Virus record (IMG/VR): IMGVR_UViG_3300020048_000070
Coordinates: 1 to 64,000 of that record
Length of the DNA: 64,000 nucleotides
Reading direction: 5' to 3' (one strand)
From: a virus
The notes beneath the pieces were generated by a model. That model was not told the DNA's origin and did no database searches. It worked only from the letters and a program-made list of their open reading frames with translations. The translations under genes and the position numbers were made by a program. Positions within the stretch are counted from its first letter, which is position 1. Each line of letters begins with the position of its first letter. Below are positions 10,020 to 19,363 of the stretch, in pieces.

Positions 10020-10631
10020 ATGAACGTATACGCAATCAGCCAAAAAATGAATCAAATTGTCAATTTAAACAAGCTTTCTGCTATTCACCCCAAAACAGGT
10101 AAAGCAATCAGCCCGCTTGGTCATGAATTAAATTCTACTCAAGGTGCCATTGACATAGCATTGTTAAATGCTAGTAAAAACACTACTTTACAAGACATAT
10201 TGTTTGAAGGAATTGAGAAGGAAGTCAGTATAAACCGCACTGAGTATTGTCAAGACGCACACAAAAAAGTTGGTCATACGTTAAACGGCCATTATTCAAG
10301 GAAAGCCATTGATAAAGGTCAGGGGAAAATCACATATTTAGGTAGTAAACGCGAAAGTGGTCAAAAATCATACAAAGCGAATTTTATGCTTTGTGGTGGT
10401 AATGCCGAACAATGGCAAAAATTGCATACCATTTGTTCTGCTATGAACAATGAAGCGAAAGCACTGGGTAAAGCACTGAAAGCACTTTGCCCGCCAGAAA
10501 GGCATTGCACAGAAAGCAATGAAGTGAGAATTAGTATTGAAGACTTAAAAGCGAAAGCATACGTTAAAGCTGAAATGAATAATGCATGGCTTGAACGTGA
10601 GGCACAATTCAATATTCCAGTGATAGAATAA
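10020..10631 (+). CDS. Hypothetical early protein (first rightward gene)
   Basis: 203-aa ORF downstream of a TTGCAA/TATATT promoter at 9922-9949. Confidence 0.65.
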   Translation: MNVYAISQKMNQIVNLNKLSAIHPKTGKAISPLGHELNSTQGAIDIALLNASKNTTLQDILFEGIEKEVSINRTEYCQDAHKKVGHTLNGHYSRKAIDKGQGKITYLGSKRESGQKSYKANFMLCGGNAEQWQKLHTICSAMNNEAKALGKALKALCPPERHCTESNEVRISIEDLKAKAYVKAEMNNAWLEREAQFNIPVIE

Positions 10632-10727
10632 ACTGGAATAGCCTGGGAATGGCCATAAAAGGCCATTCCCAGCATAAAAGGTACCATGGCAATGGTCAGG
10701 TACCTTTTATGCTGGGAATAGTCCAGT
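10632..10727. repeat. Nested, overlapping inverted repeats
   Basis: 12-bp IR 10643-54/10661-72, 21-bp perfect IR 10665-85/10699-719, and an outer pair ACTGGA/TCCAGT. Confidence 0.85.
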
Positions 10728-11092
10728 GGGCGAATAAAGCTTTATAATTCAATTTAGGGGAACAACATGCATACAGTAATCATTTTGCAAGCAACATCAG
10801 GAAACGTGTCGGACGTTCAAAAGGCGCTTGGAATAAGTTTAGGACACGAAGAGGGGTATTTTCAGGCGGGCCGTGTTTCGTTCGACTGCGGGCAAAATAC
10901 ACCTTTTGAGGCTGGACTTGCAATCAGGACAGAAAATCAATGTTACAATGGCGAAGGGTATACTTGCTTTTTTGATGGTAATAAATTCATGGCCATAGGT
11001 GATTTACTGGAAATTTCGAATATTATTGATGGCCTGCCGGAACATTTCATCAACAATATTCGGGTTATAGAATACTGTTAAAACCAACTAAT

Positions 11093-11124
11093 AAACCGGC
11101 CAGGGTAATTGACTGGCCGGTTTT
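11093..11124 (+). terminator. Intrinsic terminator
   Basis: Stem AAACCGGCCAG/CTGGCCGGTTT ending in a short T-run. Confidence 0.65.
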
Positions 11125-12211
11125 AAAATCAAACTATTTAGGAGAAGAAAATGTTTAAATCAATAATGATAATTACCATTACTTTGTGCGCAGTAATTAC
11201 GTTTCTTGGCAATCATTACAAGCTTACCGGAAACTTTAATAACGAGGGGAAAGTAGCAATAAGGTTGGTGCTGAAATGAGAAATGCATTGAAAGCACAGC
11301 TGGTAAAACTCACAATAAGAGCAGCCAAGAAAAAATCAGAAGAGGTTTCTTGGCTTGGCAAAGGGAAATGTATTCAAGTACCAAGTAGGGAACAGCGGGA
11401 ATTGTGGCTCTCAAGTTCCTACAACAATCAACTTTAGGAGAAAATCATGAAAAGAAAACAGCCTAAGAAAGAGACTATAAAACAGAAAGAAATTCGTATA
11501 AGAGCGTTTATCAAGAATTGGTTAAAATCAAACCTTTAGGAGAACACCATGCCAAAGCGAATTAATTATCAAGTCTACATTCTGGACGAGAAACACCCTG
11601 AGTTTTCTGGCAGGGTCCTCTACATTGGGACAGTGCAAGAATGCTCTACATTCATAAACAAGAAGATAGTCGAAATGTCCTCGTTGGCTTGTATGTTGCA
11701 AATTGACATGAGAGGCCAGAAGGAATATTCCGGTAATGGAGCCTGGACAACAGGTTACCACCTGTATTGGGATAGTTCTGAAAGAACTCACAGAATTTGT
11801 ATTGAAGAGTACAAATAATCAAGGAATACCTTGCACTTAGAGAAAGTGTGGGGTATTCTTTAGTCTTATTGTAGTTAACCAAGAAAATCAACTTTAGGAG
11901 AACATTATGGAAGTATGTAAATCAGGAATAGAGTGTGAAAGCCGAGTGTGCTCATGTGGAGAAAGTTTCTGTTTCTCTCCGGACTGTTACAATGCTGATG
12001 TGTGCCCAGCATGTGCAGAGGCAATAGTGGAAACAGTGTGGACAGATGAGTTCATTGGTGAAAAACCGAACTTCTCTATCAAGTTCTATGATGTGTTTAC
12101 AGAGGCAATTATAGACGTTAGGGAAATTCATGCAGAGAACTATGGAATGGCCGTAGCATGGGCCTCGTTGAATTGCCCGCCCACTTCTGGCTGTATCATC
12201 GTTAACCTCTA

Positions 12212-12322
12212 AGGGGGTGGGTATCCTGGAACAGACCGCCTTGTTCCAGGAAGGTAGATATATAGGGGGTGGGTATCCTTACAGGTACCGCCCTCATTCC
12301 ATAAGGTAGATATATAGGGGGT
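12212..12322. repeat. G-rich 52-bp tandem repeat (about 2.1 copies)
   Basis: Units AGGGGGTGGGTATCCT...ACCGCC...TTCCA..AAGGTAGATATAT start at 12212 and 12264, with a partial unit at 12316. Confidence 0.85.
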
Positions 12323-12329
12323 AGATAGT

Positions 12330-12506
12330 ATGAAGAAGATAGCAATAGTTGTTCTCGTGTGTCTGTTTGCTGGGGTAGGAGCCATTGAGTATGAACCAAG
12401 GGTAGAGAACGAAGTATGGATAGTTAAGTGTAGTGGGTACAATATGAAGTACGAGGCCCCTGCAAGAATAGCACTGGAGAAAGAAATTGCTATGTGCAGT
12501 AAATAA
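12330..12506 (+). CDS. Small exported/membrane protein (58 aa)
   Basis: Signal-like N-terminus MKKIAIVVLVCLFAGVGA; Cys34 and Cys56. Confidence 0.55.
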   Translation: MKKIAIVVLVCLFAGVGAIEYEPRVENEVWIVKCSGYNMKYEAPARIALEKEIAMCSK

Positions 12507-13000
12507 ATACTTGCATAACGAGAAGTACCATACTAATATGTAATTTCCAGCAGGGGCATATAGCCAAAGAAAACCTTTTTAGGAGAACACAATGGACTTA
12601 ACATACAGATTGGTAGCACAATTCCAGTACCGAGAGAACTATGCGGCACATGATTGGGACGGAACTGGCGAGTGCCCCCAATATTGGAAGTTCAAGGGTG
12701 GCGCGAGTGTTAATGTTCTTGTTGGTGTTAAGGAACCAAGTAACCATTACATTGCCATGGTCGAGGAAACCATGAAGGAAGAGTTGGCTAAGTACATCTG
12801 GAAGAATAATTTCAGCGAGCAATACCTCATGTTCTTCGACTGGGAGGTGTCCTGTTCATGGACTGAACAAGAAGAAGTAGATGCGTATTGCGACTGGCAC
12901 GAAGACCTCTTTGGTACTGAAGAAGAAGAACCTTACGAGGACATGTGGTTCGATATGGCCGCAGTTTGCGGTTTCGAGGAATACGCCTAAAATAAAATAT

Positions 13001-14524
13001 AACATACTGCTTGCTTTTAGAGGGGCAGTATGTTTATATATAGTCTCACCGACCTACCCACTAAGGGTAAAAATTCTTTTTAGGAGAACACCATGAACAT
13101 GCATGAAAGTCAAGTGATAGTATCCTTCTTCCCCAAACGCCATGAACATTTTGGCCCCACGATCATTCCTGTTACGATCAAAGAACTGCACAAATACTGT
13201 GCCCCTCTCGACATAAGAAGTTTTGGTGAAGGTAAGGATGATAAGTATGTCCTCGACCATGCTTTCAACCACTGGAATTATGTTGGGGTAGAGTATATGC
13301 AAGCTCCTGATGAAATTAATGCAAGAGCAAGCATTTTGAAATGCCATGTGTCAGCTACTGCTGGAGACGTTTTTTCTATCAGTGATGATAAGTCTACACG
13401 ATGGTATCATTGCGATAACATTGGTTGGTCCCTGATAGAAATGTCATAGGGGATAACGAAAAGTAGTGCATTCAGATAACGAATGCACTACCATATAATT
13501 TCACTGAGCGCCCCACTAAGGGGAAAACAAATCATTTAGGAGAACAAAATGCGAATCTTAATTGCAACATCCTGTATTCCCCAAGCTGGTAAATCAGAAG
13601 TACTCCTCAATATGTTCAGGGACTTCGCCAAAGAGCAAAACGTTAGCATCCCTCCTGGCATTCTGTGGACCCATGGCCCTGGATGTTCCAACCTTGCAAT
13701 GGATGTTATTGGCGAAGATGAAGCTGCCGAATCGTTCGCCAATAGGCTTACGATGGCCCTCATGCCGAGTAAGTGGGCTACTACTTCGGACGCACTGCCA
13801 GAGGTTGATACTGTAGAAAATTTTTAATAAATATGGTGCATTACGATAAGTAGTAGTGTACCATATAATTTCAATGCCGGACCCAATAAGGGTAAAACAT
13901 TCATTTTAGGAGAACATCATGAACTTGACTTACAATGAAATTATTGAGCGCGATGGGGAAGAAGTAGGCTTGGCCTACGAGAAATTAGTTGCTGCCCACC
14001 TTGAGAAAACAGGGGTAGAGGAAGCAGAACGTAATCTTATGGCTCAAAACCATTCCACAGCAAAAGGTGAGTACCTCTGCCGTAGGGCTGAAAGACATGC
14101 CAAGCAAGAAATTATTATATCAGCAGCCTATGATATTCTCCCCACCCCTAAGCCCACACAAGCAGTATGCCCTCGTTGCTGTTCTACCTTACGCTGGGAC
14201 TTCGATCAAGACACCTACCTTGTTACTAAAGGGGAAGAACGTAAGTTCTCTGTCACAACGTACCCCACGGTAGACACCACTGTTTACTCCTGCCCCTTCT
14301 GCAATAAAGTAATTGGAGTGGGTATCATGGATCAAGAAGGGCTGGCTATTTATAATCATCCTTCATTGAATAACATTAACTGGGAAGACCCAATCAACGA
14401 GTACAATATTAACACTGTAGAATTGTAATACTAAGAAAATATGGTGCATTACGATAGGTAGTAGTGTACCATATTATTTCAATGTTAGTCCCAATAGGGG
14501 AAACTTTAACTTTAGGAGAAGACC
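13001..14524 (+). promoter_or_regulatory. Four repeated intergenic cassettes: hairpin/promoter, CCC-AMTAA-GGG mini-stem, TTTAGGAGAA RBS
   Basis: Copies at 13001-13092, 13463-13548, 13831-13918 and 14438-14524. The last two share ATATGGTGCATTACGATARGTAGTAGTGTACCATAT. Confidence 0.8.
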
Positions 14525-15589
14525 ATGAAAAAAATTATTCTTACCGCCAAACCTGCCGTATCTGCCCCTGCCAAACAAACCATCAAGATCAAAAAGAACC
14601 CAAATGCAAAGTGGTGCGATACGTATACCGGGGATCGCATTGAGCGTGGGGAACTGACCCGCAGGATAAAGGCCCTGTGCCCCACCTTCCAGAATGTGGA
14701 TAAGCTTTCCAACAATGATCTCATTGATGTTGAAAGGGGTATAGTGAGATGCCAAGTGAATAGGCTGTCTTATCTGTACCCTGACAACACTCAGAAAACG
14801 TCCATTTTTATAAATAGCTAATAATATCAGTGGAGTGGGCAAGGTCTGGCCTATAGGGAAACCTTGCCTATTCTGCTACATTCTAGGAGAACTACAATGG
14901 AAGATAAGTGGAAAGAACCAGATGCTGCCAACTTAGTACTGACAGCTCGGAAATTGAAAGTCCAAGAACTAATTGAGAGGGGAGAAGAACTCCCCGGATA
15001 TATGGGTGATACTCCTATACAGTATAAAGAACTAAATCACCAGGAGCCAGAGCTTGCATGGTGTAGAGCAGTCCTTAAAAGATTATTAAAAAAGAATCCG
15101 AAAGGAGCACTCAATATTACTTTCTTAGATTGGTACTGGTATCAGCACAAGGCAGATGAAGAGATAGAGGCCTACTTGCTTGAAGTAAGAGCAAAAGTAA
15201 ATGCAAGAAAGAATAAATAATAGTTTATTTCCGATAAGTAATAAGGTACTATTCATTTAGTTCAATTGTAGTTAACTATTAATTCATTTTAGGAGGTAAT
15301 CATGGCATACGTAGAGGGTAACCCGAAAAGCAAAATGGAGATCAAGAAAGGGCTTGCATCAGGAGCTGAATTCTATGTCTTTCAACCTGGGCTTGGAACA
15401 GTACCCAGAGATGGTATCATTGACCTCTGTGGGCCACATTACCCATCTGCGCATAAGTTCTACTGCACGGGTATAATGAAAAATGGAGTTTTAGTCGCAA
15501 TCAAATAATTCCATTGACTTCTCTCCCAATAGTTGGTACTGTATTGGTACACATCAGGTACACAATTGGTAAACTATGAGGGAGAGAAA

Positions 15590-16138
15590 ATGAATAACAG
15601 AAAAACATGTGTGAAAGAGAACTGTAATAATATAGCAGATTCATGGAAAAGCACAGATGGAACAATTCACTATTTTGAGATGTGCCAAAAGCATAGGAAA
15701 CTAAACCCAAAAAGAGAGTTTGTTTTAGATAAATGTGAATTAAAACCTGAAGTAGCATATAGGGAGGATGGTAAAGCCCTATGTATGGTTCTTGACTGTC
15801 ACAGAGCAGTAAGGAAAATAGGCAAAGATAAGTATGCAAAAATATGTGACTTTCATGGAAGAGGGTACCATACACATAGTACAAGATTAGAAAAGAAAAA
15901 AGAAGATGGTAGAATTCGAAGATATGGGGTTACCCCGGAAAAATATAAAGAACTTATGGAGGAACATGAAGGTAAATGTGCTATATGTGGAGAACCGGCA
16001 CAATCTGTAGATCATAATCATCAGTCAGGGAAATTACGTGGGATACTATGTATACTCTGCAATACGGGTATAGGGCATTTTAAAGAATCTATACCATTAC
16101 TAAGAGCAACAATAGCGTACCTACGAAGATATGAGTAA
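15590..16138 (+). CDS. Endonuclease VII-like (His-Me finger) protein, possibly a homing endonuclease
   Basis: C-terminal YGVT...Y..L...H.GKCAICG....VDHNH.SGK.RG.LC..CN.GIG.FKE; Cys-rich N-terminal repeats. Confidence 0.85.
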   Translation: MNNRKTCVKENCNNIADSWKSTDGTIHYFEMCQKHRKLNPKREFVLDKCELKPEVAYREDGKALCMVLDCHRAVRKIGKDKYAKICDFHGRGYHTHSTRLEKKKEDGRIRRYGVTPEKYKELMEEHEGKCAICGEPAQSVDHNHQSGKLRGILCILCNTGIGHFKESIPLLRATIAYLRRYE

Positions 16139-16427
16139 TGTAGTGTCAGGCATGTTAGGGATAGAATGAGTTAAGTAATTGAATTCATTCATCCCTGACA
16201 TATTAACCCTTTATAGAAACTAATTACCACAAATGTAGTATTTAGGAGAATACCATGGCAATGAGCAAAGTAGAAATGTTGGAGCTGTTCCGCAAGTTGG
16301 ACTCACAAAAGAAGCACGATGAAGAAGACTGGGATGTACCCCTCTTCGACATTCTTGGTAAAGTAGAAGTAGAGGAAGAAACTAAGGCTATCGTTGACCG
16401 TTATAATACCGCACAGGAGATGGCTGC

Positions 16428-16604
16428 GTGATCAAATTACTCGTTATATTATGCATGGCAGGGGTTCTATTATCAGTATCGTATTCCTGCCAAGAGAAGG
16501 GTAAAGTATATGTTGTCAAGTGCAATACAACATCCACGCCTGTTTATTCAATAGGTCCTCCTACTCAGGAACTCATTGACAGGGAATGTAAAGGAGAAAG
16601 ATAA
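16428..16604 (+). CDS. Small exported or lipoprotein-like protein (58 aa), similar in layout to 12330..12506
   Basis: MIKLLVILCMAGVLLSVSYSC...VYVVKC; Cys32 and Cys54; GTG start overlaps the upstream stop. Confidence 0.5.
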   Translation: MIKLLVILCMAGVLLSVSYSCQEKGKVYVVKCNTTSTPVYSIGPPTQELIDRECKGER

Positions 16605-16920
16605 TGTCAACACATGCAGAAGAAACAATAGATATTAACAATGTTCTTATCCTATTCAATAAAGAATGCGATTGTGAACTACAAGACGATGATGAATGCC
16701 TGGAACTGGTATCAGTACAGGATGCTCTTGTAACAGGCCCACCAATCTGCAAGGTATGTTCAAAGCCCTACGAGTGGGACGACAGAGCAATAATCAGTAA
16801 ACCTTCTTAATTGCCCCGCTGCGCAATTTTAAAGCAGAAGTATGTTACCCTACACGCTACCCCAAGAAAAGCCCACAGTGAGGCGTATAACCCTCGTAGT
16901 GGAACATTCAAGGGGTCGCG

Positions 16921-17115
16921 CTGGGTAAACCAATTCAATATTTTATTATAGTACTCAATAGATATATTGAACAACAAATTTTTGATAGTCCCGTATTAGG
17001 CGCATCTTTTCAGCGCCTATACTTCTTTCTGAAAGAAAGAATATATTACTTATTACTATTACTTATTAAGGCGTTGTCGAGCACCGCTTCAAGCAACGCG
17101 AAACAACGTATGGAA
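16921..17115 (-). repeat. Diverged inverted copy of 55565-55752 (origin-like element)
   Basis: The reverse complement aligns by eye with the interior of the initiator gene, with three inverted repeats conserved in order. Confidence 0.7.
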
Positions 17116-17651
17116 ACCATCTTTATACCCCTATAAATATTGAACATTAGATATCTAGGGGTTAAAAAATTTAATTATCTATAGGAGAACAAAATGCCAA
17201 GTAAAATATACATTAAAACGAATGAGTGCAAAAACTGCACTAGAGAAAAATTATGTGTTTGTGGAAAACCCCTTAATCCTTCTGGTAAATATTGCTCTGA
17301 ATGCGCATCTTACACAGAAAAGATTGGTATAATAACTAAAACAGGTCATTATCTTTATAAATTATCATTTATACTACCAGAAGAGCGCAAATTAGAACAA
17401 CGTATAGCAACGTACCACGAGACAGATATTAATTACCCTTGGATATGCCCTAATTGTGGCAGAAGATACGAACTAGAAGCAGATATAGATGATTGTCCAT
17501 GTTGGAGAACCTAAAAGGAATAAAAAGAAATACAGTAAAAAATAATGCTTTACAACCTTGTTTATATATGTTAAGGTGTAACCATCAAACAATAACAAAG
17601 AAGTCAAACAGTAGTTAACAAGATAACCAACTATTTTTAAGGAGAAAATCA

Positions 17652-18431
17652 ATGTTGAACATTCCCGAGTATAACCCGAATTTCTTTACAAATTCTTTGC
17701 GTAATATCCTTACGAATGCCGGTATCAATCCCGACAAGGTAGCAAAGGCAAAGATTGGCAAGTCCGTGCGGTTCGTATCCCCGCTGGGACATTACGAGGG
17801 CACCATGGCTATGGCAATTGATATGTGTATTCTCCGTGGGGTCGTTACCCCGAAGGAGATCATCAAAGCCCTGGATGAAGACCCGACCATTGCAGATCAG
17901 CGCAAGAAGTTTCTGCGAACCAAGGATGAAATCAATATGCCGGATCTGCTTGCCAAAATCAATGGGCATATCGGGTATTATGCAGGGCGGAATTTCGATG
18001 CTCATTTCACCAAAACATTCCAGGTGAACGATCATATTGCTCGGTCAATTCGTAAAGCGGCCAGAGCATACATTGATACCACATGGAAACCGGGGCTCAA
18101 GGAGTACAAAAAAGTCTTGAATGCTTCCATTGTAAAAGTTGCTAAGGAGGTCGTTATGGAGGAGAACGGCACTATAGCTCTTAAGCAAGGCATGACCAAC
18201 ACGTGGATGGTTATGTCCAGTACCCTCCAAAGTACAGTGGTCGCTCAAAAGGAGACCATTGAGGAAGTACCGCAGGATGCCACTGCCCTTGTTGATACCG
18301 TTGAGGACTCTGGGGCCTTGGTAGCGGAGAAAAAGAAGTGTGCGGGCGTTACCAAAGCAGGACTCCCATGTAAGGGCTTCGCCCACGGTGCATCTGAGTT
18401 CTGCCGCGTCCACACTGTAAAGGAGCAATAG
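17652..18431 (+). CDS. Hypothetical protein with a C-terminal C3H zinc motif
   Basis: Motif CAGVTKAGLPCK.......FCRVH. It has its own promoter (TTTACA-17-TAAGGT, 17549-17577), a strong RBS, and a 12-bp hairpin at 18439-18472. Confidence 0.7.
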   Translation: MLNIPEYNPNFFTNSLRNILTNAGINPDKVAKAKIGKSVRFVSPLGHYEGTMAMAIDMCILRGVVTPKEIIKALDEDPTIADQRKKFLRTKDEINMPDLLAKINGHIGYYAGRNFDAHFTKTFQVNDHIARSIRKAARAYIDTTWKPGLKEYKKVLNASIVKVAKEVVMEENGTIALKQGMTNTWMVMSSTLQSTVVAQKETIEEVPQDATALVDTVEDSGALVAEKKKCAGVTKAGLPCKGFAHGASEFCRVHTVKEQ

Positions 18432-18871
18432 TCCAGACGCCGATAGCAGTACGGTCTAACACTGCTATCGGCTTGCTGGTGTCACTACTCACCTAGAACG
18501 GGAGGATGAACCAGTAGGATATTGCTAAACTATTTAACGCCGATCGGGGCATAACACGCGCCTACTGCCAACGGAGGAAGGCTACCAATGGGTTATTAAG
18601 ATAAAATATATGACATAATTGAATCTAACTGAGATAATATAGTAGTAAAACACCACTCGGCCTCCTTCGTCGGCCATGATGCGCCTATGCTCTAGTAGAG
18701 TCTACGTCGAGTGGTGTTAGTGGCTGGTATCCGGATACCAGTATATTCTGAAGTACCCCACCCTCTGCTTATTAGGGAGGGTGGGTCATGAGTAAGAGCA
18801 CTATCCACATCATTTGCATGGTACAGAGGGGGTGGGGGTGCCATACTAAGTGAGGGGATTCTCCCCCACCC

Positions 18872-18989
18872 TGCAAGTGTCTAATCAGCCACCTTACCGA
18901 CAACATAGAGTGTCTAATCAGCTACCCCAACGATACTGTGCAAGTGTCTAATCAACTACCTTACCGACAACATAGAGTGTCTAATCAGC
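18872..18989. repeat. Four AGTGTCTAATCA repeats at 33/34/33-bp spacing (a 67-bp unit duplicated)
   Basis: Copies at 18876, 18909, 18943 and 18976. Confidence 0.9.
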
Positions 18990-19363
18990 CCTCCAACTAT
19001 CAATACCTTTCCCCTAGTACCTTCCCAGTACGATAGTAACCACTTTATTACAAGATACTTAAAAGCATCCCATAAAACAATTAACCTTATAAAAAATGAC
19101 CCTTACTTATGAAGAGAGACGGACATCTTCCCACATTTATAAGGGTTTTTGGTAAGTGGATAAAGATAATTAACAAAGAGACAAGATATTAGATATACAC
19201 TTAGATGACCTATTTATCAATAAACATTGACAAAGGATAAAGTATATTGTTAAATTAACTAATGAATAAAGGGAAATAGAATACTGTACTTTATCTTGGT
19301 ACTTAGCCTATTAATACCTTTCCCCTATGCACCCATAATACCTCAAACAAGGAGTAGAATAGT

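Larger units (their letters stand above)
10767..15508 (+). other. Run of small early hypothetical genes, most with TTTAGGAG RBS
   Basis: Co-oriented ORFs starting at 10767, 11549, 11907, 12592, 13093, 13549, 13919, 14525, ~14897 and 15302. Confidence 0.7.

Noticed and set aside
18872-18989. Mini-CRISPR array
   Set aside because: The repeat is only 12 bp and spacers 1 and 3 are near-duplicates, which fits a 67-bp duplication or iterons better.
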